From Neocallimastix sp. 'constans' (taxonomy: Eukaryota): a stretch of DNA of 64,000 nucleotides. The notes beneath the pieces are model-generated. The model was given only the letters and a program-made list of their open reading frames with translations, made no database searches and was not told the DNA's origin. The stretch is taken from NCBI GenBank assembly GCA_050613775.1, contig JBODTK010000137.1, positions 62,001 through 126,000 of the forward strand. Direction: 5' to 3'. Made by a program: the position numbers and the translations under genes. Numbering within the stretch: the stretch's first letter is position 1; each line of letters begins with the position of its first letter. This document shows, one piece after another, positions 11,874 through 26,830 of this stretch.

Positions 11874-13079
11874 ATGAAAAGGTCAACTGCTATTGAAATT
11901 GTATTAAACAATCAGAATAATAATATAGAAAATGGAAGAGATACCCAAAGGGTTGTATTAACCAAAAAACAAGAAATACGGCTTGAGTTAGCAAGATTAG
12001 GAACAAAAATTGATAAAATGGGTTTAAGAACATCAACTGTAATTTTTTTCTATTTTATTGATTCATTAGTATTCAATCATACATACATAATGAAAAATAA
12101 ATTATATTTTATATATAAATGATGTTCTAATAATTATATATATATTTAAATAATAATATTAATAATTTTATAGAAGAAGGAAGATCCAGTATTAATAGAT
12201 AAAAGTAGAAATTTTAAATAATTTAATATTTAATTCTAAATATATTTATATAAACAACATATTAAATTTTAATTTTGTTATCTTTAATTTGTATATACTA
12301 ATTTTTATTATAAAATATTAAAATTTATAAATATTTTATTGTATGAAGAATCTAAAAGCATGGAAACTTTGGTAAATGAAATATTTTATTTTTAATTAAT
12401 AATATTAATAATAATATTATTTAAAAATTAATAGCTATTACTATATTAGTATCAAATGAAATTCTTATAATAATAATAATAATAACTCTATTAAAGTACT
12501 AATTCTATCTTTTTCTTTTTTTTTCTTTTTTTTTTTTTTTTTTTTTTTCAATATAAATATTATTAATTATATTTATATTATTCATAATATCATTACTTTA
12601 TTTTTTTGACCTTTTATTTATTTATATAATTATATATTTATTTTTACGTTGTTGAAAAACTTTTAAATTTATTAATTTTTAATAATAATATTAAATAAAA
12701 TTATAATATAATAAATATTAAATATAATATAATTAAATATTATAATTAAATTATTGTTAAAATAAAGCAACTAAGCAAAGACGAAACCAAACAACTAAAA
12801 AAAGAAATCAGTACATATACATTAAATGATAATACAAAAAAATTAAATCTCAATAAAGAGGATGAATCAAAAAGTAAAAATAGTTTAGATGATGGTATTA
12901 ATAAAAGAAAATTTAGTTTCTTTAATAAATTAAAAAATAAATCTTCCAATAAGAATTTAAAAAATTCTTTAAAATCAAAAAAATCAAATACAAAAATTGA
13001 AACAGCTTTAAGTGAAGTAGAAAATGCTGTAGAAAGAATGATGCTTTCTCGTTTGGATGATCAGAGAGTAACAATGTAA
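11874..13079 (+). CDS. Hypothetical lysine-rich protein with C-terminal GoLoco-like motif
   Basis: Proposed exons 11874-12038, 12174-12204, 12349-12371 and 12768-13079 keep frame and end ...SEVENAVERMMLSRLDDQRVTM*. The exon 3 acceptor and the true start are uncertain; a possible extra upstream exon lies near 11535-11660. Confidence 0.6.
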
Positions 13080-13168
13080 ATTATTTATTATTTTATTCAA
13101 TTTTATTATATTATTATATTATTATTATATTATTATATTATTATTATTATATTATTATTATTATTATT

Positions 13169-13218
<50 letters not shown>

Positions 13219-13724
13219 TATATATATATATATCATATATACACTATAAAATGAATTCTAACTATTTTAAAATTATATTATTAATTATAATCAAACTAAT
13301 TTTTAATTTTTAATTTATAGAATAAAGAAATAAATCCAATGGAAATGAAATAATTAAATTTAATGTTTATATATATATTTGATCATTCATGAATTCAGCC
13401 TAATTTTAATATGATATTACATATTTTAATTTATATATAGAATTATTATTATTATTTATTATTAAATATAGGGAAAGAATAATAAATATTATATAAATAT
13501 TAGTAATAAAAATTTAAAGATATTGTTATAAATGCATACAACATTTTAAAAAACATACATACATACATACACACACATACACACACACAAACACATACAT
13601 AAATATATATTTACATATTTAGTTTTATATTTTCATAAACTATTTAAACTATTCAAAATATAAATAAACACGTATTTATATTTTGAATATATATTTTATA
13701 ATATTAATAGTAAAAATCTATATA

Positions 13725-13985
13725 GAACAATTTTAACTTATTAAATGATAATTTTATATTTATATCATATTTTTAATATTTTTTTAATATATATTTTTTT
13801 TAATAAAGTTTATTTTAATTTACATATTATACATAGTACTTTTTGATTTTTCATTATGCATACATAATTAAATATAATTTTTTTTTTTTTTTTTTTTTTT
13901 ATAGCCTCAATTAAATATAAATTTGGATTTATATCACTCTTACAGTTATTGTTAATTTAATTATCATCATTTTCATTTCAGCGAA
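13725..13985 (-). repeat. Probable donor segment of the circularly permuted duplicate at 5656-5962
   Basis: Bounded by GAA at both ends (13725-13727 and 13983-13985). It continues into exon-like decayed sequence on the minus strand (VTTYGNEYQVYYYCIR*NENDD...). Confidence 0.85.
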
Positions 13986-14310
13986 TACAATAATAATAGA
14001 CTTGATACTCATTGCCATATGTCGTAACCCTAAATATTGAATAATTAATATATAATATAAATAAATGTAAAAAATTAATTACATTTAATTGTCCAATCAT
14101 ATGTATATTAATTTCATCCACCTAATAATTAAAAGAAAATTAAATTAAAAATATATAAATAAATGAAAAGTATCAATATAATTTTAATCATCAATCCCTA
14201 ACATTTCTGCATATCGTGTAAATCTTTCGCCTTTTACTAAAGATTTCCGTGTAGAATTGTTATAATGTTGGGAATATAGTAATTTTTGGAATTTTTCTTC
14301 AAAAAGAAGA
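13900..14310 (-). pseudogene. Exon-like fragments of an unidentified decayed gene
   Basis: Short GC-richer blocks with splice-like borders (about 14015-13900, 14122-14083, 14305-14203) that contain stop codons. No family recognised. Confidence 0.3.
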
Positions 14311-14959
14311 AAAAAATGAAATATTAAATAAATTTAAAAATTTATAGAAATTATGTTAAACATTGTTTTATTGCTATAGATAATATTTAAAATAGTAATA
14401 TTTAATAACTAGGTATTAGTTTATTAATAATTAAAATTATAAAACATAAAAATTTATAAAAGAAAGTATTTCGATAAATTAAAAGATTTATAGTATAGTA
14501 ATATTTTATTATTTAATTATAAAATTTAAAAAAATTTAAAAAAAAATAGTAATTTTTTTGAATTAATATTATAAAATTTGTTTTTATTCTATTTACATTT
14601 ATTACCAATTTTCACCTTTAGGTGAAAGTTTTGATACAGATTCGTTTCCTAACACTAATACTGAAATTATATACTCGTAATAATGGACGTGGTGTTATCA
14701 TTAATGAATGGGAAAAGTTAAAAATTATTGCTTCTAATGCACTTTTATAATTATATAATATTTAATATTTCATTTCATGTATTTTTTTTTTTTTATTTCT
14801 CATTTAAATTCATGTAATTTCATTATTATTATAAATTAAATAAGTTTTCTTTAAGTCTAAAAAAAAAAAATTTAATACCAATTTATACTTATTTTTAATA
14901 GATATGCTATTTTTACGTTTTTTAATTTTATTTTTTCCTTATCTAATTTTTCGACTTTT

Positions 14960-15720
14960 ATTTTTATTACTGATTTCCTTATTTTCTTTATTGATTTTAT
15001 AATTTTCTAAGATCTACTTCACCCATTGCTTCTTTTTCGTATTTTTTTCTTCTTTATTCTATTCCCTTGATTTAATACTGTTTTCTACTTCGTCTATGGT
15101 AGCACAGCAATTTTGGACACAATATCTAAAATTAAATGTGATGGTATGAACCTTAAAATTTATAGATGAATATTTCCTTAACCTATAAATTATTATTATA
15201 TTTCCAGGTGAATTGGTGAAATAAAAGCACAGTTTCATACTTAACTTGATCATTCCCTCCTAAACCTTCGACAAATTTGCCTCTAAAACTATTTTTGATT
15301 TGAATTAGGTAATTTTTTACAGTTTTAATAATAATAATTATAATAATAATTAATAATAATAATTATATGAAAAATACTATAATCTTTCTTTCTCAATTTC
15401 ATGTTGTTCCTTTAAAAAATATATATTTTGTTGAATTTCTTTGGCTTGATTACTAGATATCTAGTAAAAAAATTTTTTAATCGTTTTAGAAAGTAAGATT
15501 ATTCCTTGGGTTCTCCTGCGAACTTCGGTGGTGATGGGGTGAGGCTTTTCAGGATAGGGACGTTTTGGACAACATTATTTTCAATATCCATAGAACTGTG
15601 ATTCGAGACCTCGTCCAAGCCTCCATCAGCTCCAAGATTTAAGTCGTTATTTATTTTTAAATAATTCATAGCTATACTATTTACTAAATTTTTATCTAAT
15701 ATTTCCAAATTATTAATCCT
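14960..15720 (-). mobile_element. Ty3/gypsy-type gag relic
   Basis: PSPPKFAGEPKE*SYFLKRLKNFF resembles the retrotransposon gag 'P.KF.G.P...FL' motif. Downstream fragments (15059-15253) continue gag-like, with stops and frameshifts. Confidence 0.6.
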
Positions 15721-16129
15721 ATTTCTCTATTTTATAAAGTTAAATTATCTATTCTAAAAAGTTAGAAAATTATTAAACAAATTATAAAATTTAGAATGTT
15801 TCATTAACACACACACACGCACAAAAAAAATCCTATTAAATTTTTAATTTTGTTTCATTATTATTTTTCTTTCTATTTTTAAACTAATTTTAACAATCAT
15901 CAAATTCTTTACCACAGAGATACTTAACCGTAATTCTTTACTATGAATTTGGATTTAAGTTGCTTAATTTTTATATTAGAATTTGTTTTATTAAATTATA
16001 ATTATGAAATTTAATATTGATTTGTATTACATGAATTTATGAAGTTATCTCAATTGAAATAAATTTATTTTAGTTGTAATGTATTTATTTTACATGTATA
16101 TATAAAAACTTTTTTTTTTTTTTTTTTAG

Positions 16130-18567
<2,438 letters not shown>

Positions 18568-18735
18568 TATTATTATTATTATTATTATTTTTTTTAACTG
18601 TAAATTAAAATGAAATTTTTTAATAAAAATTAAAAAACTAATTTAATGAAAGTAAAAAATAAGATTAGAATTTATTATTACTATTATTAATAAAATACAT
18701 GTTAAATCATATGAAATAATCAAAGATGAATGTAA

Positions 18736-18766
<31 letters not shown>

Positions 18767-18803
18767 TTTTTATTTATTTATTTATTTATTATATTTATTA
18801 TTT

Positions 18804-18844
<41 letters not shown>

Positions 18845-19183
18845 TTATATATGTTTTATTTGTTTTATTTTTATTTTTTTATATTTATTTTTTTATTATT
18901 ATTTCAAATCTAATTTTTTTAATATTATATTTTATTAAGTTTAATTTGTTTTTATATATTAAACAAATCTTGGTATAAAAATTACAAAATATAAGAAAAA
19001 AAAAAAAGGGTAAAGTTTTGAAAATTTTTTTTAATTAATGATAATTAGTAATTTATATAAAGTTTAATTTTTATATTTTTCATTATATAAATACTTTGTA
19101 GTACTTTTTATTATACCAAAATTAAAAACTGTAATAATATTATTTATAAGTTTTATTTTGGATTTATTTTTCAATTTAGCTTG

Positions 19184-19219
<36 letters not shown>

Positions 19220-19355
19220 TAAATTAATTATTGCTTTATATTTATCCATATTTTATGGTGCCGGACTGTATGAATTGACTATAAATTGAAAAAATATACC
19301 ACAACACAAATATAGCCCGCATTCATTTAATAATAATATATTACAAACATGCTAT

Positions 19356-20804
19356 TTATATTAAATTGATTACTTGTACAAGAAACTATTTCCAAAGTTA
19401 AACATATAATATTAATAATTATTTTTATAAATAAAATATTTGTAAGTTTTAACATTTAAAATAAAAATTAATTTAAATTTATAAATAAATATTACTTCTT
19501 CATAGTTTAAATTAAGTTTTCCTTGCTATTAATATTAAAAAAAGAAAAAAAAAAAAAAAAAAAAAAAAAAAGAAAAAAAACATTAAAATATTTGTAATAA
19601 TTAAATATTATTCATTAAATGATAAATTTAATAAATTATCTTATATATAATAAAGATAATAATAGTATAATAATAGTCCTACCCTATTTCTATCTCGGTA
19701 TCTAAAGGATTCAGTAATAGAATTAAGTGATATGCATATATTCATAAACTGATCGAAATTTACAGTTTCACCATCAACTAATTTAATAAATTTATATATA
19801 ATACATAATGAAAGTTTATATTTAATAATATATATATATATATTAAGCAAAGATGACTATGATACACCTCGTAATAATAATAAAGAATAAACTAAATATA
19901 AATTTATTTACAATTTCTAGAATACTTCTTTAATAATAATTGTATAATATGATCACTTATTTGAAGTTTAAGTCTGTATAGTGCTTCCTTTAATTCTTCT
20001 CTGTCAATACTATTATTACCATCAATATCAAATAAATTAAACATTTTTCTCCAACGATCGATATATATCATCATTGCATGGAATTCGTTTAAATTTAAAG
20101 TATCGGTATTTCTTGTATTAATCATTCTTACTATTAATATAATTGTTTGATAGCTGAAACTTGAATTATCAGCTGTGTTGTTAAATATATATTTATATTG
20201 TATTAAAAGGATTAAATTTTACAAAATTAACGAAACATATAAAAAAAATATAAATATATATATAAAAGCACATATATTTATATTTATATAATTTTAAATT
20301 TTTAATTTTAATTTATTATATACAAATATAAAAATATATGTATATATTAAAATAAAATACTTGGAATTTATTTTTATATAAATAATTTAATTTAATATTT
20401 TTAAATAAAATTTACCATTTTTTAAAGCTTGTCTTAATTCTTCAATTGTAAGTTCACCTGAACCATCACTTTGTTATTTTATTTATTATTATATATGTTT
20501 ATTTTCATGTTCATCATTTTATTAATAAAAAATAACATTTATTATATATTAATTATTATTTAATATTAATTTTATTATAATATATGAAATAAAATTAATA
20601 TAATTACGTATCAACAGCATTAAACCATTGTCTTACTTCATCTATATATTATTAAAATTTAAAATAGTAGATTAATATCTAACTTATTAAAATAATTTTA
20701 TATTTAGTTTATTCTTTATTTTAATAATATTTATATATTATTAAAGAATCATAAGTTTTCAATGTACCTTCAGTATGATTCCAATCATTATTTCCCGAGC
20801 TCAT
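19356..20804 (-). CDS. Penta-EF-hand calcium-binding protein (peflin/ALG-2/Pef1 family), 179 aa, 7 exons
   Basis: Exons 20804-20768, 20641-20608, 20468-20416, 20172-19912, 19777-19683, 19525-19496 and 19385-19356 splice in frame (540 nt). Motifs WFNAVDTDGSGELTIEELRQAL, WRKMFNLFDIDGNNSIDREEL, VNFDQFMNIC and FRYRDRNRQGKLNLNYEEFL. Confidence 0.92.
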
Positions 20805-21279
20805 TATTAAATAATATTTATATATTATTTATTTTTATGAAGAAATAAATAAATAAATACAAACAATAATATTTTATTACAAATATATAAATAATATTAC
20901 TTTTTTATTTTATTTTATTTTTTTTTAAAAAAAATAAATAAAAAATAAAAATAAAAAAATAAAAAAAAAATAATAATTTGTCTTTTATTACTTTTTACTA
21001 ATTTTATTCTTTTCTTTTTTACTTTTTTTTAATATATAAAAACAAAGTATTAACAAATAAATTAATTATAAATTAAAAAATTTAAAATTATAATAAATCT
21101 TAATTTTATAAAAAAAAACTTTATTTATTAATAAAGTAATAATTAAATATATGACATATGATAATAATATAAGAAATACTCAAGCCATATAAATAATTTA
21201 TTAGTATTAATATTTTTAGATATTTATTATAGTAATATTAATAACTTTAACTTTAAATATGAAATAAGCCATTCCACTA

Positions 21280-21306
21280 ATTCAATTGTGTTACAAAAAT
21301 TATTGG

Positions 21307-21337
<31 letters not shown>

Positions 21338-21500
21338 CTGATGATATATATACAGTAATAATAATTTTTTTTAACATTAGAAGTAAACTTATGCCACCAA
21401 AAGTTATTGGAAAATTAATTCAATTGTCTTTTTTACACCAAAATGATGGAAATGATGGAATCATGGTGAAGTTCAAGAACTATAGTAAGAAAAAGAAAAA
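21280..21500 (-). mobile_element. Ty3/gypsy integrase zinc-binding domain fragment
   Basis: With frameshifts, the minus strand reads LELHHDSII..HFGVKKTIELI..NFWWHKFTSNVKK. Confidence 0.75.
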
Positions 21501-21707
21501 AAATTATACTTATTAAAATATAAAATAACACTAATTTTTTTTCTAATTTTCTTCATATTTACTTTTATATTAATTCACTTATTATTATTAAATACATTTT
21601 TTTTTTTGTGAAAAGCAAAAAATTAATAAAAAAAATATTATTTGTCTAAATTGAACAAAATAATTTTTTAAATAGTTATGTTAAATAAAAGTAATATTCA
21701 AAATAAT

Positions 21708-22990
21708 AAAGTGTATAAATAAATTCAGAAAAAGTCCATATACAACGAACCTCACCTCCGGATTATAGGATTTCTGTTAAAAGGAATTCTTCCTGGATTA
21801 GAGTTTGAATTGACACTCTGAAAGAATTATGGTCTTTACCTTCAGAGGCATTGACCCTGCAGGTCTGTCATACTGCATTTTCAACGTCGATGCTCCAGTT
21901 GGTTTACGCATATGCCGTTGGAATAGCAATCCTTGTCGAATACTAGCCCTAGACATAGTTTCTGCCGCTGATCACACCAAGAATGACGTTTTAGAATAAT
22001 CAGAAGAAATGATATGGTTATTAAGCAAAACATTCCATTCCTTTTTTATAATTCAAATCAATAATATTTTCATCTCTTTTACCAAGAAGGAAGTTATATA
22101 ATCGGTACCACGTCATATATATATTTACAGACTCATTATTCAGAAAATTATTAATATTAACACGACTATCACCATTTAATGTTGGACAATATTTGGTAAT
22201 TACAAAATTATTTTCATAAAGAATTTCAAATATCCATAAAATATTTCATTCGAAATTCATGGAGAAGATAAAATTAAAAAAACTGATTTTTCAATTGAGG
22301 ATTTTCATTTTCTATATAACAACAAGGACAGCATTCTGGGCATTTGTCTTCAATTATATTGGCAGCTTTGTCAACTCGAGCATTGAATTTATATCCGCAT
22401 CTGGCACGCAGTATCCATTGGAAACCAATGTTATATTCAGGATACTTAAAATTGAGTTTTATGTAGTTTCAAGTTTTCTTAAATTCATTTTTCTTATAAG
22501 CATTAGTATTAATAGATTTTCTTACAATATTTCTATTCAAGTAAAAGTTTACAATTGCTTTTTTAAATGGAAATTTATCTAATTTATCTAAGATTTTACT
22601 TTTTTTTTTTTATCTCATGTATGACGTCTACAACGTGATATATCTCTAACTATAACAGAGATAATACAATTTGAATTTTTCCATCTTTTAAAGCATCTTA
22701 CCTAAGCAATCACACATTTCGCTGATAGATGAGGAATGTTATGATTTTTAGAAACACAATAAATGGATGTAAAGCTACTCGTATTGGAAAATCCTTCAAG
22801 TATAATCCTGTGTTAACTAGTGTCTGAGTATTTCCCCTTCTTTCTTGATATGATCCAAGTAGAGGCGCATAATACGAAACTTGAACAATTACTACTGCAG
22901 AAAATAACATTAGTTTATGAGGGATAATAATATGAGGGATTCTTAAGAAATCATTTAATAAAATAAAGTTCTTAAGCAAATATAATAAAG
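21708..22990 (-). mobile_element. 5'-truncated decayed LINE (3' part of ORF2)
   Basis: VSYYAPLLGS...QTLVNTGLY, KYPEYNIGFQWILRARCGYKF, CPECCPCC and YNFLLG follow the same architecture as the 16.2-18.5 kb LINE. The 3' part matches 60531-60985. Confidence 0.88.
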
Positions 22991-23004
22991 CTATAAAATA
23001 TTAT

Positions 23005-23005
23005 T

Positions 23006-23072
<67 letters not shown>

Positions 23073-23095
23073 TTTGTTTATTTATTTATTTATTT
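23005..23095. repeat. (TATT)n microsatellite abutting the LINE 5' truncation
   Basis: Directly visible. Confidence 0.9.
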
Positions 23096-23702
23096 ACTTA
23101 TAAAAATTTTTTCATTAATCAAAAAAACACATTGCCAAATACTACATTCATTTATAAATTAATGATAGTTTACTAAAAAAAAAAAACTAAATACAATATA
23201 TTAAACTTTATATTCAAGCCATATATTTAAAATGTAATATTATCGCATTCATAAATCTTTTATATAAATAATTTAATATATATTTATGATTACTAATAAA
23301 AGTATTTATTTTAAATTTTTTATTATATTTTATTATTATTTAGAGATTTTATTTTATAATTATGTAGGCAATACGATTTAAAATATATATTATATACATT
23401 TTTTTTTTTTTATTTTTCTTTTTGTATATAATAATTAATTCAAAAAAAATAAAATTTTAATAGGAATAATGTAAACATTCGTTATTTCTATTATTATTTT
23501 AATTTAATTTATTTATATTTAATTTATTTTAAATGTACCAAAAGAAATAAAAAATAAATATTTTTTAGTATTTTTTACCATTTTATAATTTTTATTGAAA
23601 TAAATAGTATTACTATAATATTTTATTTATTTTTTATAAAAATTTGGTATTAAAAATGAAATGCCACATATAATTTTAAAATGCTTTCACTTTAAATATA
23701 AT

Positions 23703-24788
23703 CTATGGCTTTGGAGTAACGAAAGTCTTGAATGAAGCTAAACGTTCGTCATCAATGGAAACAAATTCACCATTACAATCAGCTGGAACCTTATTGCTGA
23801 GTTGAGCTAAATTGAATAATATAGAAGCTGGTTCTTTTGGATCTCTTAATTGCTTGTTCTTTTCATAACCTTTGAAGAGTTCACAGTCTTCCTTAGTGAA
23901 ACCATTTTGACAGTTATTTCTAATATATTCCTATTATTATCATTTTATTTCATAATATAGTTCAAAAATTTTTTATTTATTAATTTTTTTCTTTAAATAA
24001 TTTTATAAAAATTTTATTATCTTTGTTCAATATTTTTATTTTGAATATATTAAAAATTTATATATATCTTTTTTTTTTTTTTTTTTTTTTTTAATTTTTT
24101 AATAATATTAATACTTACTTGCATTGGCGTATTTACAACACCTGGTCTAATAGCTAAAGTGTAAATATCAGGTTCTTCTTGAGATAAAACCTTTGTATAC
24201 ATATTTACACAAGCTTTTTTTTTTTGAATAAAATATTTATTTATTTAATACTTTTGACTCTGTTTATAAATTATTTATTAATTTAATTAATAAAATAATA
24301 TAAAATAAAAATAAGTAAATACCTTTAGAACAACAGTATGTAGACCAACCAATCTTTGACTTAACAGCAGCTCCAGAACTAACAAAAAGAACACGTCCTT
24401 TAGCTTTTCTTAAATATGGGAGTGCCTTTTGTGTTAAGTCAACAATACTAAAGAAGTTAACATCAAAAAGTCTTTTCCAAATGTCAACATCAATATCCTT
24501 GATTTGGGCAATTGGAGCTAAACCTGCATTGTGAATAAGAGCATCTATTTTACCACCTCTTTTTTCAACAGTTTCAATAATAACATCAGATATTTCTGGA
24601 TCTTCAATATTACCTAAGAAATGACATATCTTCTTTTGATTTTTGTTTAATATCTGACTTAATTCATCTGGAATACTTCTAGAAACGGTAATAATGTAAC
24701 CTGGTATAGTACAAAAGTATTTTAAGGTTTCAAGTCCAATACCCTTAGAAGCACCTGTAATAATGTAAACTGGTTCAGATTCAGCCAT
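23703..24788 (-). CDS. Classical short-chain dehydrogenase/reductase (benzil/sepiapterin-reductase-like), 262 aa, 3 exons
   Basis: Exons 24788-24323, 24213-24119 and 23930-23703 are in frame. Motifs TGASKGIG, HNAG, VSSGAA, catalytic YCCSK and RPGVVNTPMQ. Confidence 0.93.
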
Positions 24789-25271
24789 TTTTTTTTTTTT
24801 TTTTTTTTTTATTTATTTCGTTAAAATAAATTACTTTATTGAAGAAAAAAAAAAATAAGTTACAGAATAAAATAAAAATAAATAAATAAAAAATAAGGAT
24901 AATAATTTTTTTGAATATATATTGGCAAATCAATTAATTTTTTGATATATATTTTATATATGTATTAATATTAAATTTTATACAATTTATATTAAATATA
25001 TGTATGTATATACAATTTAATAATTGAATTAATAAAAAATAAGAACTTTAAATAATTACATAGTGAATTATTTTAAAAATGGAAGATCTATAAATGAATG
25101 AATAAATAAATAAATAAATAAAATTTAAAAAAGTTCAAATATAAATGTGTAACATAACTATAAATTAGCTATACTAAGTCATTAACAAATTTATAAAAAA
25201 AAACTATTATTTCAAATAGATGAATGTATGAATAAATAAAAAATAGAAAACATCAATAATTAATTTAAGTG

Positions 25272-25597
25272 ATAATAAATAATAAATAATAAATAATAAA
25301 TAATAAATAATAAATAATAAATAATAAATAATAAATAATAAATAATAAATAATAAATAATAAATAATAAATAATAAATAATAAATAATAAATAATAAATA
25401 ATAAATAATAAATAATAAATAATAAATAATAAATAATAAATAATAAATAATAAATAATAAATAATAAATAATAAATAATAAATAATAAATAATAAATAAT
25501 AAATAATAAATAATAAATAATAAATAATAAATAATAAATAATAAATAATAAATAATAAATAATAAATAATAAATAATAAATAATAAATAATAAATAA
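25272..25597. repeat. (AATAAAT)n heptamer satellite
   Basis: Long, near-perfect tandem array. Confidence 0.95.
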
Positions 25598-26554
25598 TTA
25601 AATAAAATAATAAAAATAAATAATTAAATAAAATAATAAATAATAAATATGAATATACAAATAAATAAATTATGGATAATACTAATAATTAATTTAATAA
25701 GTGTTAAGATTTAAGAATGGTTATAATTATGTCAACTTAATATATTTTATGATGAAGAATTACTAGTACTTAATTATTAACAAAAATTATTATTAACAAA
25801 AAATATATATTTAATTTTTCATCTAAAAAAAAATATATATATATATATATATACTATTATTTAGGTCTATTAGTTTAATTTCTGATAATATTATTTGTAA
25901 TATATGTAAATTAATTGTCAATAAAATAAAATAAATTAAAATACATAGTGAAGTAGTATAAAAAAAATAAAGTATTAATAAAAATAAAATAAAATAAAAT
26001 AAAACATTTAAATTTAAATATTTGAATATTGAAGTTAAAATACACATGAATTTATAATATTAGTTAATTTAAATATTATATTGGTATTATTTTTTATTAT
26101 ATTTTTTTTTAATAAAAAATTTAATACAGATAAATATTGAATAAATTATCAATGAAACGACTTTATTTTATTTTATTTTTATTTTTATTTTATTTTATTT
26201 TTATAAAAGATAATAATATTTAATTAAGGAAATATTATTACTATTATAAAAACTTCGTTAGAATTCTTATTTTTATTCCTTAAATTTTTATTGATAATGA
26301 TCAAAATAATCAAATACTACATTTTGAAGAAGATAAAGACCTTATATTTGATATAAATTTTTTTTAGAAAAAGTAGTTTGTTTTTGAATGATTTCAAAAG
26401 AATTGAAATTATTTTTTATATTATTATTTGATAATTTTCAGAGTATGTTTTTTTCTTTTCTTTTTTTTTTTTGAGATTTTTTATAAGTAGTAGCTAATTT
26501 TAAGATTTTATTATTATTAATATATTTCTTCTTTACAATATTACTATTATAATA

Positions 26555-26830
26555 TTTACTATATTTTATTTAACAACCTTGGTCATTATCACAATTTTAA
26601 TTAGTTTTACTACATTTAACATCTTTAGAGGTTGTGTTAGTTTCATCTTCCTTATCACTAGAGTCATTATCTTTTTCTTCTGATTGAATAACAGTAATAC
26701 TTATGATGTTTGCTGTATTGATTATAGCTTTATCATTTACAGAATTAGTTCTAGTTTTATTATTTGCTGTAATTTTAGTTGCAACTGTATTTTTTGTTGT
26801 ATTTTTGGTTACAGTATTAGACATATAACT
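26555..26830 (-). pseudogene. Relic of a Thr-rich linker plus a degenerate Cys-containing (CBM18-like) module
   Basis: TVTKNTTKNTVATKIT... is followed by TSKDVKCSKTN*NCDNDQGC*IKYSKY, which resembles the tails of chitin-binding CBM18 modules. Confidence 0.4.
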
